64,000 bases of DNA. Source: Podospora anserina (taxonomy: Eukaryota). Made by a program: the position numbers and the translations under genes. Under the pieces are notes generated by a model, which saw only the letters and a program-made list of their open reading frames with translations, searched no databases and was not told the DNA's origin. The stretch lies in the NCBI GenBank assembly GCA_017654855.1, contig CM030336.1, forward strand, positions 4,650,001 through 4,714,000, in the 5' to 3' direction. Shown here in pieces: positions 1 through 11,730 of the stretch; within the stretch, counting starts at the first letter, position 1, and each line of letters opens with the position of its first letter.

Positions 1-42
1 GTATGGGGTGAAGCTGACAGTCATATCGTTCAAGTTCAACAG

Positions 43-1628
43 CTTCTTCGGGACGAGACAACCCACTATGGGATATCCTGCGCAGAAGTCCGTTGGTATT
101 TGAAGAGAAGAACCATGGACGAATTTCCTCTTTCTTACCGGGGCGCCTTGGACGAGGCTCCAACGGCGGCCTCCACGCCACTGTCAGTCGTGGATTCACC
201 CCCCCTCACGGAGTCACCAGACACGGTCTTCGAAAGTTCTGGAGACGTTGCAGCCACCGGAATTACGATTAGGTCGCTGAACCGGGAGCACGAGGTCAAG
301 CAAGACGACCCTACCCCGGCTGGACGTATCAACCATGCTGGGCCTGCCGTCCGTGATCAGGATGCCGTATCAGGGGTCGGTCATCCGCGGGGGCCCCTTG
401 ACGTTGACACGAATTTCCAGAACTTGGTTGCTTTGTCCCACGGACCAATTCAAAGTCTAAATCAACTTGAAAGAAAGGGGGCCGGCGAGGCAGCAAAAAG
501 TCCCATTGCAGTTCAACGCCATCCAGAGCGAACCGCTGCACTTGAAAGGCACGATCAGCCACCTGAACGATCGGCTCTATCAGGAACAACGCTGCCTCTG
601 CGTTATGTGGAACGACGTAAGACTCGTAGTCTGCGAGATGTTGACCCCCTCGAACTGCTGCAACCAAAGGAGGCCACAGGCATTGTGGATTCCCTGAGAA
701 AAGCCGACAAAGATCCCGTCAGCGTGGGGGAGCAGTCCATGCTAAATGCAAGTGTGAATCCTCCAGTTCCTCAGCCGACAACTGCCGCCCAGTTCAGCAA
801 TCACAGGCCTAGTCAAAATGCGCCCACACGGCCCACCGACCGCGGTGTTTCTAACATCGCAGGGCAAAGCCAAACCAGAAGGGACCGCGAACACAGGAGC
901 TTCTACGACAGACTTCAACAAGATCCAAATCTGATGGACGTCGTACCACCACCACCTGACCTAGATCTGGAACGGAGAACAATGAATGCCATGCTAAACA
1001 CTAATACACCATCCCAACAACCTGCTCCACCGACGGTCAGCCTTCTTCCTAACATTGTACCTGTATCACCGCAGCAATCTCCCAAAAGACAAAGCGTTGA
1101 TCCCGCACCACTTGAGCCTCGCTCAAACGCTTCTAGAAGATCGGAGGAAACGACTTCAAACCCCGCACACGCCAGCACAAAGAAACCAACAGAAGCACGC
1201 AAATCCGAAGAACCTGTCAGCCATCGTGCTGCTGCTGTCAGACCGCCATCAACTAATAGACTTCCACCAGCGGCAGTCCCTACTTACCCCAATCTGTCCC
1301 CAACTACCTATACAGCAGATAACAGAGATACACGTTTCAGGAATGAACCACAACCCCAACCCGGTCTCGACTCCGCACAATTTCCCTACCTGCATGATGA
1401 TGACCAGTCTCAAGATGGGTCAGAACGCAGCGAGTCAGTGGCTGGGGGTGATACACCGGCACAAAAGGCAAAGCGAGGCCTGCTTAGAAGAGCGCTGCAC
1501 AAGACAGCCAAGAGAGTGGATGAGGCGAGCAAGAGAATTGGTATGACCTCCGCATTTGTTTTCATGGCTGGAGGATGTGATGCTGATATTCTTGAGGGGT
1601 TGTAGCGAAGGGTTTGAAGGTGAAGTGA
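43..1628 (+). CDS. Pro/Ser/Gln-rich disordered hypothetical protein, 5'-partial (gene starts upstream of the window)
   Basis: The long ORF is open from an acceptor AG at 41-42 (branch GCTGAC at 13-18). A terminal intron 1541-1605 (GTATGA..GCTGAT..TAG) gives the C-terminus RIAKGLKVK* ending at 1628. No recognisable domain. Confidence 0.6.
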
Positions 1629-1942
1629 AGGAGATGGCTGTTAGCTGGTGGCTGACTGGCTGGGTAGGTAAGGTACTCTGAGCAACATCAGATGGAGGAA
1701 TGGGGCTTCAAATTTGTATTTATCGTGCTTTCTTGTGATGAACGTGGGCTCAACATCGAAGGCAATTCAAATTTTAACAACATCATAAATCACGTCATAA
1801 GTAGTTTTTCAACCCCAACGTCGTCTGCCTTCCCAACCAGCCCGGTCATCGACCCTGTCTTTTCTTAACTGAATAGTTTGGAAGAATTGCTGGCTTTCTC
1901 AATGATAAGGAAACCTCGCCATTGTGGTCCGTGTGTGTTTAC

Positions 1943-2528
1943 CTACAAAGCCTCACCATACCGCCCATCAATACCTCCCAAACCTCCATATCCCATTCTC
2001 CCTCGCCTCAAAGACCCGGGTAGGGCTTCAACCCCCCTTTCTCTATCCAACAGATAAAACCTCGTCATTGTTCCCTTTGCAATAACAGCAAACACGTTTC
2101 TCTCATGCGCCGCATACCCACAACCTTTGACAAAACTAACTACCTGTCCCTCCTGTCTCTCCCATCTTCCACTGACATAATCATCCACAATCAAAACAAC
2201 ACATAACTCAAGACAATCACGAAGCCCACTGAGTCGCTGAAAGACGTCAACGAGCGGGTGGTTGTCAGCCGTGTAGACCCTCCAGGCGTGACCATCGCGC
2301 AAGTTGAAGTAGGTCGCCCACATGACGCAGCTCCAGGGCTTGTGGGCATTATCAGGATTGGGGGGATGGTGGCTTTGGGTTAGGGCGTCGTAGAATCGGC
2401 GGAAGGCGCTGAATTGGGTTTATGGTCGCTGAGGGGGCGCTGGAGAGGAGTTTTTACTTGTTGTGCTTGAATGTACGGGTTTGCCCAAGAGGCTGACTTA
2501 CGGCGGTGTCATCGGTAGTGGTGGGCAT
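1943..2528 (-). CDS. Small hypothetical protein, weak resemblance to fungal PD-(D/E)xK-fold domains
   Basis: The 126-aa ORF extends upstream in frame (AFRRFYDALTQ...). Candidate first exon MPTTTDDTA is followed by GTAAGT. Motif WERQEGQVVSF..VFAVIAKGTMTRFYLL. Confidence 0.35.
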
Positions 2529-2904
2529 GGTGACGGTGTAGGGAGCAGCTGGCGGTTAAATCAGGCAGCAACTGCTAGGCTGTTGTTATCATAAGAACTT
2601 GATAGATATCATGGGTATCTAGGGTAGGTATGTATTGATCCAGTAGGTAATCGCAATCATGAATGTCAGTCATCGGGCTGAAGTGACACCGAGTATAGGG
2701 ATCTGTGTGAAGCGGGATCAATGGGTACTTTGCAAACTTTCCGGTAATGTTCTCAAGCAGGAATGGTCTGCACAGACACGGTGGGGGTGGACACATAAAT
2801 GGGTCGTGCTCAGAATTATGTTGCATTATGCATGCAGTGTTCCTATGAACTAAACCCTATCCAACGCAAGACCGCATGACACCATTTGTGCAAATCTGGC
2901 CCTT

Positions 2905-3573
2905 TCACTCTTCTAGAGAAGCCTTCTGACAGTCGTACCCCGCCAGGCAGGCCTCACAAAATTGACGTTTATGCGGCTCACCGCGCTTCCCACCGAATAC
3001 AGGTTTCTCCACATGAATGCCAGCCCATTTCTTCAGCCGGTACACCACCCGTTCCACGTACGAATCCTCGTCAAGCCGCAAGACCCCCAGTTTATCGCAC
3101 ACCTTGCAGCGCTGTTTGAACACCAAGGCGTTATAGCCGTTCCCGGAGAACTGCCGGATTAGGATCCCGACCTTCTTACTGCTCCAGCCGGACTTGGAGC
3201 AATTCTGATTCTGGCATTTGAAGTGACCCATGACGTGTGTAAAGTATTCTTGCGTGACTTTGCCGTCGTCTTCGCTGTGATCATTGAACCACGGCTTGGG
3301 AATGATCGATACGGTGCCGAGGGCCTTCTCGATATCTGCGTGGAGAGATGGGAATTTGACTGTTGTATCATCCGCCTTGTGAGTTGACCATCTTGTCGAT
3401 GTCGATCCAAATAATGGGGCGCTGGACTCAAATTTGGCGTGACGGAACCGTTTGGACAGTGGCTGGTTGGCAAGCATCGCCATGGCCCTCCTCCATTGCG
3501 CGCCAAACATCCTGTAGCATGGGGTTGAAAACGGATCGAAGAGTCGATAGGAGACCTTTTCGTCACCTTCCAT
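2905..3573 (-). CDS. 3CxxC-type zinc-binding domain protein (zf-3CxxC, RTP-like)
   Basis: GHFKCQNQNC..WSSKKV..FKQRCKVC..HKRQFCEACLAG matches the zf-3CxxC pattern. The true start may be a downstream Met. Confidence 0.85.
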   Translation of the reverse strand: MEGDEKVSYRLFDPFSTPCYRMFGAQWRRAMAMLANQPLSKRFRHAKFESSAPLFGSTSTRWSTHKADDTTVKFPSLHADIEKALGTVSIIPKPWFNDHSEDDGKVTQEYFTHVMGHFKCQNQNCSKSGWSSKKVGILIRQFSGNGYNALVFKQRCKVCDKLGVLRLDEDSYVERVVYRLKKWAGIHVEKPVFGGKRGEPHKRQFCEACLAGYDCQKASLEE

Positions 3574-4194
3574 GTGGATTTGGTGCTGTCATTGGATGGG
3601 ATGAGAAAGAGGCCTATTATAATACTCGCTGCAGCTACCTACGGAATCCGTTTGCTTTCGGGGATAGGCACGTGGCAGGGCGGACTTGATCCCCTATTAG
3701 CCATACTCGGAATTTTGCAGCGTTTGGTCAATAAATACTGCAGTTACACAAGGCAAAGAGCAACACCTTGATCCGTTTGCCTTCGCGCAAACAAGATAGG
3801 TGAAGCCCCCGGCTCACCACTCGGTAGGATGCATCCCTTTTGCAGATATTGGAACTTGGGGGCTCTCTGTGAAAGGTCGAATGTGATGGAGGCTGGGTAC
3901 CGGGATAACATCTCTCAGTTGTCAACACCAGCATCGTGCTAGTTCAGCAAACGGCCATAGCTTCTTCAGCGAGATCCTCCTCGCAAAAATCCAAGCGAAA
4001 GCGATTCTTTATTTACAAATGCGTTTGGTGTTTTTGGTTGCATATGTTCGGATTTATATTTCAATATAGGTGCTCATATATGTTGACACCGACGTACCTA
4101 ACGAGTTCATGGAGCCAGTTTAAATTCCCTCAGGCCCCTTGGCGACGATCATCCGACTACCACCCGCTGCTATCGTCTCGCTCCAGCCACACCT

Positions 4195-5421
4195 CTAATC
4201 CCAGTCCGGGCTGCTCGGAGGCGTTCGGCAGCTACAAACCTGCTCCTCCTTCTCCTCTGACACGACCAGAGACTCTTCTTTCGTCTCGGACACCTCAGTA
4301 TACCGTCGCACCCACTCCTCCAACCATCCCACAAGCTCCTTTCTCGCTTGCTCCGATAGGGTGTCCTCTCGCTTTCTCACCATACGCCGATATCTTTTCC
4401 ACGCCCACTTCTTTTCCTGATACTCTTTATCCTGGCACTGGGGCGACCTCGCTCTTTCATCAAAACTTGTAAAAATTGCATCGGTGAGCCGCTCGTCAAG
4501 CCACTTCTCCTCTTTGCTGACTGGACCTGTGCGTGTCTCCAGACACCGGTTGGTTTCGCGGGGTTTGGAGCGTACGCCGGATGGGACCAGACAAAACCGC
4601 CATTGTTTTCTGGAGCGGGGGCTGGGGGTGTATGGCTCCGAGGTCATGATGCATGTGGATTGGGTTTCAGCGAACGAGACACGGCGGGGCTCTGTCGATA
4701 TTTTGGAGTCGGTAGGGGAGGATTTGATCTTGAGGCATGATTTGGTTGGTTGTGAGGGGCGGTGCGGTGCTAGGCGAAGAAACTCGATCTGGTCTGGATG
4801 TCGGGAGCCATTGTCGGTGTATGACCCGTTGTTCGCGAGTATTGATGTTACAGAGCGTACTGGGAACGATCTTTGGACCCACGCAAGGACGGGCTCTTTT
4901 TTGGTGGGCGGGTTATTTGCAGTTTCGGCTGTAGGAGATGCGGCAGTGGATGGTGAAGCCCAGATGTCACCGTTGAGCTTTACCAACACCCACTTTGTCT
5001 TTCGACGCCCCATGTTGATATCTGCTGCAAGTAGTACAAACCCGCATTGCACCATCTTCAGCTGGTCACAAAGGAATTGACACCCTGCAGTAAGACCGAT
5101 CGGACGTAGTAATTTGTCGAAATGGAGGTATACTCTGTAGATGCGAGATAGCGGAACGGTCTTCGGAGGGACGTCGCGGTTGCTCGTCGAAGTTGGTGAT
5201 TCTTCTTTGACCCGCGAAAGCTGCCTGCAGAAATAAATCGTCGCTCGAAGAGAGTCCATTGGAAAAGCCTTTGTTGACGATAAGGTTGGGAGCAATGTTG
5301 TGGGAAAGTGACACATGTTGCAGGGTTTTGCACATCGGTGCTGGTGGCGGAAGCCAAAGGCGTTGGCCTTGGTGGCCACTTCACATCCACCCACGCCATC
5401 GGCGAACCTTGATGTCCGCAA
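4195..5421 (-). CDS. Hypothetical protein with KSCLK + RRVSF (PP1 docking-like) motifs
   Basis: 408-aa ORF, start uncertain. KSCLK at 4729-4743, RRVSF at 4672-4686, then a charged C-terminal helix. Confidence 0.55.
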   Translation of the reverse strand: MRTSRFADGVGGCEVATKANAFGFRHQHRCAKPCNMCHFPTTLLPTLSSTKAFPMDSLRATIYFCRQLSRVKEESPTSTSNRDVPPKTVPLSRIYRVYLHFDKLLRPIGLTAGCQFLCDQLKMVQCGFVLLAADINMGRRKTKWVLVKLNGDIWASPSTAASPTAETANNPPTKKEPVLAWVQRSFPVRSVTSILANNGSYTDNGSRHPDQIEFLRLAPHRPSQPTKSCLKIKSSPTDSKISTEPRRVSFAETQSTCIMTSEPYTPSPRSRKQWRFCLVPSGVRSKPRETNRCLETRTGPVSKEEKWLDERLTDAIFTSFDERARSPQCQDKEYQEKKWAWKRYRRMVRKREDTLSEQARKELVGWLEEWVRRYTEVSETKEESLVVSEEKEEQVCSCRTPPSSPDWD

Positions 5422-5487
5422 TGCAATTTGCGAGCCTGGTTGATTGAAGACTGGACAAGGGCTTATAAAACAGTCTTCTGTACCTAT

Positions 5488-6208
5488 CTATATATTCAGT
5501 AGGTACTCAGTGAGTGTCGCCAGTGAATTGCCCTCCCACGACCTAAGCCATGTCGGCAACGATTTTATCCTCAACACCTCGATCGTCAAAGCATTGACGT
5601 CAAGATCCTGTTGATTGATGACATCACACCCATCATCCTCCTTCACCATCTCCAACGTCATCTTCAACGGCTTCTCCATCGCTCCCAATCCTCCCTCCAG
5701 TATCTCCCGCTCTTCCAGATACCTCCGCCACATCTCCAACTTCCTCTCCTCACGATCTGTTTTGTACTTCTGACGGCAGGCACGTCTACTCTCCCGGAAA
5801 GACCAACTCAAGATGTCAGGATGGTAAATCACCGCGTCTATCTTGTTTCCTTGAGCCAAGCGTGGCCTTCTATCCACCTGTATCTCGTCTTCGTCCCTAC
5901 TCTGGGCAATTATTGGTGTGATGATGTTGGTGGCGTTGTCAGAGAACTGAACGCGCCGTTGAACTCGTTGGGTTTTTTTTTTTTGGTGGAGCGGGGCATT
6001 CGATGGAAGTATCGTCTCAGCATTAATTTCGTGGGCCAAAGTCGTGCAATTTGGCAAGCTTGATGGCGAGTAGGGCTGCGCGTGGACTTTCAAGATGCCC
6101 CAAGGAGGCACATGCGATCGATGCGGTGGGGGACGAGGGTGAAAATATCCTTCCAGTGGCTGAATCCAGAAGGGCCTTTTTTGTTTCACTACCGTCGGTG
6201 GAGTTCAT
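5488..6208 (-). CDS. Hypothetical protein with GILK + RRVQF motifs, possible 5' frameshift
   Basis: 233-aa ORF starting at GTG, while the nearest ATG (6208) is in another frame. GILK at 6088-6099, RRVQF at 5944-5958. The C-terminal part resembles the neighbouring 4195-5421 ORF. Confidence 0.45.
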
Positions 6209-7355
6209 TTTGCTTGTTAGGTTGGAGACGGGTAACTGTTAGATGTCCGGTTCACTGGTGCGGCAAGCTAATGGCTTGAAAACGATAAAACCAGGGCAAA
6301 AGCCAGGCGGTTGTGGGGTGAGTGGATGGTCGAGGAGATTGACGCCAGGCAGTGAAGCCGTACCAGGCTGCGGTGTTGACAAGGCTTCCAAGTGAATTGC
6401 CGAAAAAGCACCAGGAACTTGCCTTCAAGCTGCGCGCTGCAGGATTTTTCCACTTATCTCGCTTTAGTGGCCAGGTCATCGTGCTGAGAGGTTCTCTCCA
6501 GTGGAATAAGCTGCCATTATCTGGATCCCTGGCTGCTGGCCTGTATCAAACGATCGTTATGATATGTGCCAGCGCGGAGTCGAGATAGGGCCAAGGATGG
6601 TAAATCATTTCTCAGAGGAAAATATTGGAAGGATCACTTGAAAGCAGCGGGCCATATCCCTCCGCTGCAACAGTAAAATGTCATATGTACCTATACATCC
6701 ATCATGGGGGCTATTCTGGCCCCTTGTCACAAGCGTTAACTTCGTCGTTTTGACAGTGTGCAAGGCCAAGGTTCGCTTCTCTTGCGTTGGGCACTGGCCC
6801 GCTTTTTTTTATTGGTTTCTTTTTCTTTTGCTTTTCTTTTTTTTAACATTAGTGATTATCATATCCATCATCGCTTTTGCTAAACATTGGTAATCGTATC
6901 CCCAACACGGGATTTGTACAGAGTAACAACAAAAAGAAGATCCGTAAAGGGTATCGGCCCCTTGAAACGAGCAGAACCACAAACAGGTACACGTAACGAA
7001 AACAGAGAAAGAGTAAAAACAAAGCAACAGGATCTATAAAATGTGTACGACAATCCCGGGCCAAACAAGGGGGGCCAACCCATAAAAACGAAACGCTATA
7101 GCCACCACGCTGTGATGCCCCTTTCCGCTGAACGATCCTGTGTGCCAAATAACACCTTATGCTGTGTCCAACCAGAGCCAAATAGGTATCTCGCTGCCTT
7201 CCTGAAGCCTTTCCTGAGCCCAGTGTTGAAATCCTCCTAAACAAACATCCTCCCAGCCAGTCCCGAACCTCCTGATATGATATATCCCCAAGGCATCCAT
7301 GTAACCTGCAAACAAAACCCAAACAAAGCCAATGATCCTCCTTCAACTCCAATCA

Positions 7356-9264
7356 CTACCATCCTCCAATCCTCTTAAAAGTATCCTCCCACCTAATCAC
7401 GCTAACCCGGCGCATCACCTTCCGCAAGTCCCTGTCAAACTTGGCCGGCAAAGGCGGGGTCTTCACACAACTCCGGCGCTCGTATTCAAACTTCCAATCC
7501 CTCAACACAGCCAAGTACCTCTCCTCATACTCGCGCGTGTTCTCCTCAGCGAGGTTCAACCGACGCTGGAGCTCTTTGTCGTCGAGATGGGAATTACTGC
7601 ATCACAGACGTGTTTAGCATGTCATGTTCATTGTGTTTGTGGGGGTAGGGTACTTACGGTGCCACAACGCCTCTAAAAGCCTGCTCACCCTGGCCGTCGG
7701 CCTTCCTCTTTTTGGCAGCAGCAGCCTCAACAGCCAACTCAGCCTGCTGCGCAGCCCTGTTTGCCTCAATCTCCCGTCGAAGTTTAGCCTTTCTTTCCGC
7801 ACGAGTGGCAGCGTCTTCCTCTTCGTAGGTTTGGGGGTAGTGCGTGTCGTTGACAAAAATGCGCATGTTAGAGCCAAAGGTAGCCTTCTTCTTGGACGTC
7901 GTGCGGGCCTTCTTAATCTTGAGGTGGCTCTTGACGGGGGCGGCAACTCTGTGGAGGGGATTGCTCTTGGGGTGGTAAGACGCGTTGATGACATCTAGCT
8001 TGTCCCAACGGTCGGTGTTGGTCGTATGGTTGCGCCTGTGGCGGCGGCGGGCCGTGCTGGGTTCGGCAGAAGGGGCGGCGTCTGCGCCGATGACATTCTT
8101 CTTGTTATTTGTTCTGGGACAACCAGACGCGGTGGGGAGAATTTGACCGTGTATAGGCATGCGGTCAGCTGCTCGGGGACGGAGAGCGGACAGGCAGGTG
8201 TATCCATCGGGTTTGTGGCTCTCCTGAGCAGGCTTGGGAGTGTCCTCGATGGGTCTGGGACGACCAGGGATGACGGTCATGAGAGTGCCGGAGACGGGGA
8301 CGCCGCCAACAGAAGGACCGGGTGTAGCGGGTTGAGCGGTATCCTGGGCGGGCTGGGGGTTGCCAGGCGTAATGCTCAGGTTCTGACCCGAGATGGTGAT
8401 ACCAGCGTTGGTTTGCTGCCAGACGGGTGTTAAGTCGACGATTTTGTAGTCGTCTGAAGAGACAACACCTGCAAGCCACTGACCGAATCGCTTGAGGAAC
8501 GAATCTTCCTCGGGCGGATCACCCTGGCGGAGTTCGTCCATGGGCTCATCCTCCTGAACAAGGTTCTCGTTGTCGTGGCCAAGGCCCATCTCCACCTCGA
8601 CGCTAGTAGCGCTCTGGCAATAGAAGTTGAAGCTACCATTCTTCATGTCGGTCATAAAGACGTTGCTAACGGGGCTTTTGTGGTGTAGAGAAACTCGAAT
8701 GCCAAAGATAGATTGGCCGGTGCTGTTCAGTCTCCGCGACTCTCTGCAGTATCTCTCGAATGTCCCGGAAATGTGAAGGTTGCCCATCTGCTTTGTCAGA
8801 TGGTTAACGACATCAAGGCTACGCCGAGGGGGCCGGCGGTGGCTGGTGATGACCCAACGAGTAGGACTGCCGATGTTGATTGTCTTGCGGCGCTCGATGG
8901 CGTCGGCAATCTGGGAGTCGCTCAAAGGGCTCCTCTGGCGCTTGTGATGGCTGTCATTCGAGGATGAGTCGTCATCCCGGCGGCGCTTCCCGAGAGGAGA
9001 CGGAAGAGGAGCAACGGCAGAATACATGGCAGAGAAATCCGAAGTGGGCAAGCCCCTCTCAGCGCAGCGACAAATGGTGGTGAGGCCCGGAGTGCTGCTC
9101 AGGTTGAAAGGAGCGGCGAGAGTATCCTCCACAATGGCAGCAGGAAAATTGCCGGCCGAAGGCATGTTGGGGACGCGCGTCAATCTCCTGGTGGAAGGGA
9201 GAACGATCCGGCGGAGGTGAAATCCGCCACAGGCACCTATGGTAGGGAATGAGCGGTACATCAT
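7356..9264 (-). CDS. Two-exon hypothetical protein, disordered, with KSHLK + KKATF motifs and a coiled C-terminus
   Basis: Intron 7597-7657 (GTAAGT..GCTAAAC..CAG) joins ORF 7654-9264 in frame to ORF 7356-7559. NLS-like LGKRRR. The start may be the Met at 9027. Confidence 0.65.
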
Positions 9265-9304
9265 TGTGAGCGTGGTGAAGAGCCGCGATGTTCAACAGTC
9301 GAGG

Positions 9305-9350
9305 GGGTCAAGAGCCGACAGGGTCAAGAGCCGACAGGGTCAAGAGTCGA
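9305..9350 (+). repeat. 16-bp tandem repeat x~3 (GGGTCAAGAGCCGACA)
   Basis: Read directly from the sequence. Confidence 0.85.
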
Positions 9351-10710
9351 TATGTCAAGTCGAGATGGTTAGAAGTCGAAATGGTCAAATGTGGACGTGA
9401 ATGAAGCTGTCGCGACTGTTGTGCTGGATGGATTGCGACAGCGAAGACGCGATAGAGGAAAACGATTGAAGTGGTTGGATAGCAGTCCAAAGAAATGAAG
9501 AGACAAAACTTGAGGATTGCTGGCGGGTGAGGGTGAAAGAGCCAGAGAAGGACTGGCCGTGGGATGGCTGGCAGAGCGGTAAGTGGGAAAAGATGGTCGA
9601 CGTCCGGGAGAGGACCCACAATTGCAGTCAACAATAGCAGAGGCAGTCCCATGAATAGGCTCGTTCCTATTCACTTGACACTGTGAGTCGCTCTGAGGGC
9701 CCATGCTTCGGTGGAAACTCAGCTCAGAGCAGACGAGCGCAGAGTAGGTGGTTGAGGGCAGAAAGCTGGCAGCGAGATGGCCGCCGATCAACGGTGATAG
9801 GATTCGCAGTCTTTGACCGCACACATGGGAACTTCACACCACAGGCGCCAGGAACTTGTTCAGGCGGCTGACTAGAATATTTCTGAGCCGCGCGCATTTC
9901 ATTTAAAGTTTGGTGGTGGCTGAAATAGCTTTTTGCAACCACACTCCACCGCAACCAACCCGCGAGAACCACTTGTCGATGTTCTGGATCAAACAGCAAA
10001 ACGGACAGCCCCACATAGCCTCAATCTCACCACCAAGGTGAATACCACCTGACAGAAAATCCCGGCACTGACTTCAGCCACGGAGCAGCCTGACCTTTGA
10101 TGACATCACGTCCAACCAGTGGTTCATTGTCGTCTTGCACTGTACGCGTTCCAAGTCGCGACCAAAAGCCTCACGCGTTTCACGTCTCCGTCGGCTTAAT
10201 AGTGTTGATATTTTTTGTTCTGGCAACAGGTCTGTCTCCCGTCCACCATCACTCCTCACCTTCAACCTAATGACAACTCCGAGATTTTCTCCTACTCATA
10301 TGGGTTCAGTGAAAGATGATCAAAAGGATATTCGGTACCGCCCATCACCTATCTCCGTTAACACAATCGATTCCATCTTCCAAAAAAGCCCGATAATATT
10401 GCAGATGATGATCTTTCCCACAAGCACAATGAAACCCATCACCCAACAAAGCCAGTGAATAATCCTGTTGATGATCGGTCCCAAAAACAAGACACAAAAG
10501 ACAACACGAAGCACAACACACAACACAGCCTTGATGTACTTGATCCCGCTATGCGTCTTTGCAGGGAGCCTCTTTGAGTAATATCGCCGTTTTTATGCCT
10601 CTTTCCAAGTATACTGCCGTCTATATCCCCAAGCATCATTGCTCCTTGCAACCGGGAAGCCCCGTGGTTTTTGAGCTCTGCGGTTCCATTCCGCCATGGA
10701 AAAAAGTGTA

Positions 10711-10770
10711 GACGAGCCGGAGCTGGACGAGTTGGAGCTGGACGAGTTGGAGCTGGACGAGTCGGAGCTG
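10711..10770 (+). repeat. 15-bp tandem repeat x4 (GACGAGYYGGAGCTG)
   Basis: Read directly. Translates as APTRP repeats on the minus strand. Confidence 0.85.
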
Positions 10771-10779
10771 TATGATTGT

Positions 10780-11730
10780 TCAGGAAGTGGAAAACGTTGG
10801 CGTTCCAAGACCTGTCACTGAACTGGGAAGGGATATGCTGGGCGAACTGGGAGAAGGCCGGGGAATCGAAATGCGGTCCATGGAAACCGAAGCCCATCCG
10901 CTCATCAACGATAGTGGCAATGTAAAGCGTGGGCTTCTGGAAGTCTCTGGACATGGAAGCGATGAACTTTCCAGAGCCTTTAAAGGTGAATGTTGTAGAC
11001 TTTCCGAACGTTCGGGTAGAACTGGGCGTCCTTGGTTCAATGTAGAAGGTGGTTCTGGATGGTATGGAGGACGTGGGTCTTTCAAAACATCTGGAATTGA
11101 GGAGAGTTTCGAGGTATGTGGCGAGTGCTCGGACTTTATCGTAATGTTGGGCCGTTCGTGTTCCATGTTGTCTGCACTCTGGGCGGGTTCAGGGAATGCC
11201 GGTGACAGTCCTCTACTGCCCGGAAGCATATCACTGGGGCTATGAGACCTCTTGAGCTCGGTGGTCTCGTACAAATCGATCAAGGTGTCGCTTGGGTTGT
11301 GGCTGAGACTTCGTTGTACCTTGTCAATACTCAGACACTTTTGAAGGGGCGGATATTCATACAACTCGGCCAGTGCTTCCTTCTCCTGTGCTAATTTCCG
11401 GGCATGATCCCTCCTCTGCTGTCTCAAGACGCATGGGCTGCTGAAGGGTTCGGGAGATTCGTCATAACCAGAATTGTGAACCATAGGGGTAGGCGGATGA
11501 CATGTAGGGTTCTCTGACCATGGTGCTCGGTATTGTTGGCGTGTTGAGGTTCGCGGAAAACCTGGTTGCTCTCTGGAATTCAAGAGGTGGCGTCTTGTTC
11601 CATCACCCTCAAAGAGAAAGTCAGGATTAAAAGGCCTGTGTTGTCGTAAACGGAATTGCTTCCTCCAAGCCGGATCAAGTTCGTTTTTCCGTTTCCCAGT
11701 TTGTGTATTCTGATGTCCTGCCACCTTCAT
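10780..11730 (-). CDS. Ser/Pro-rich hypothetical protein
   Basis: 316-aa ATG-initiated ORF with no recognisable domain. Confidence 0.5.
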   Translation of the reverse strand: MKVAGHQNTQTGKRKNELDPAWRKQFRLRQHRPFNPDFLFEGDGTRRHLLNSREQPGFPRTSTRQQYRAPWSENPTCHPPTPMVHNSGYDESPEPFSSPCVLRQQRRDHARKLAQEKEALAELYEYPPLQKCLSIDKVQRSLSHNPSDTLIDLYETTELKRSHSPSDMLPGSRGLSPAFPEPAQSADNMEHERPNITIKSEHSPHTSKLSSIPDVLKDPRPPYHPEPPSTLNQGRPVLPERSESLQHSPLKALESSSLPCPETSRSPRFTLPLSLMSGWASVSMDRISIPRPSPSSPSISLPSSVTGLGTPTFSTS

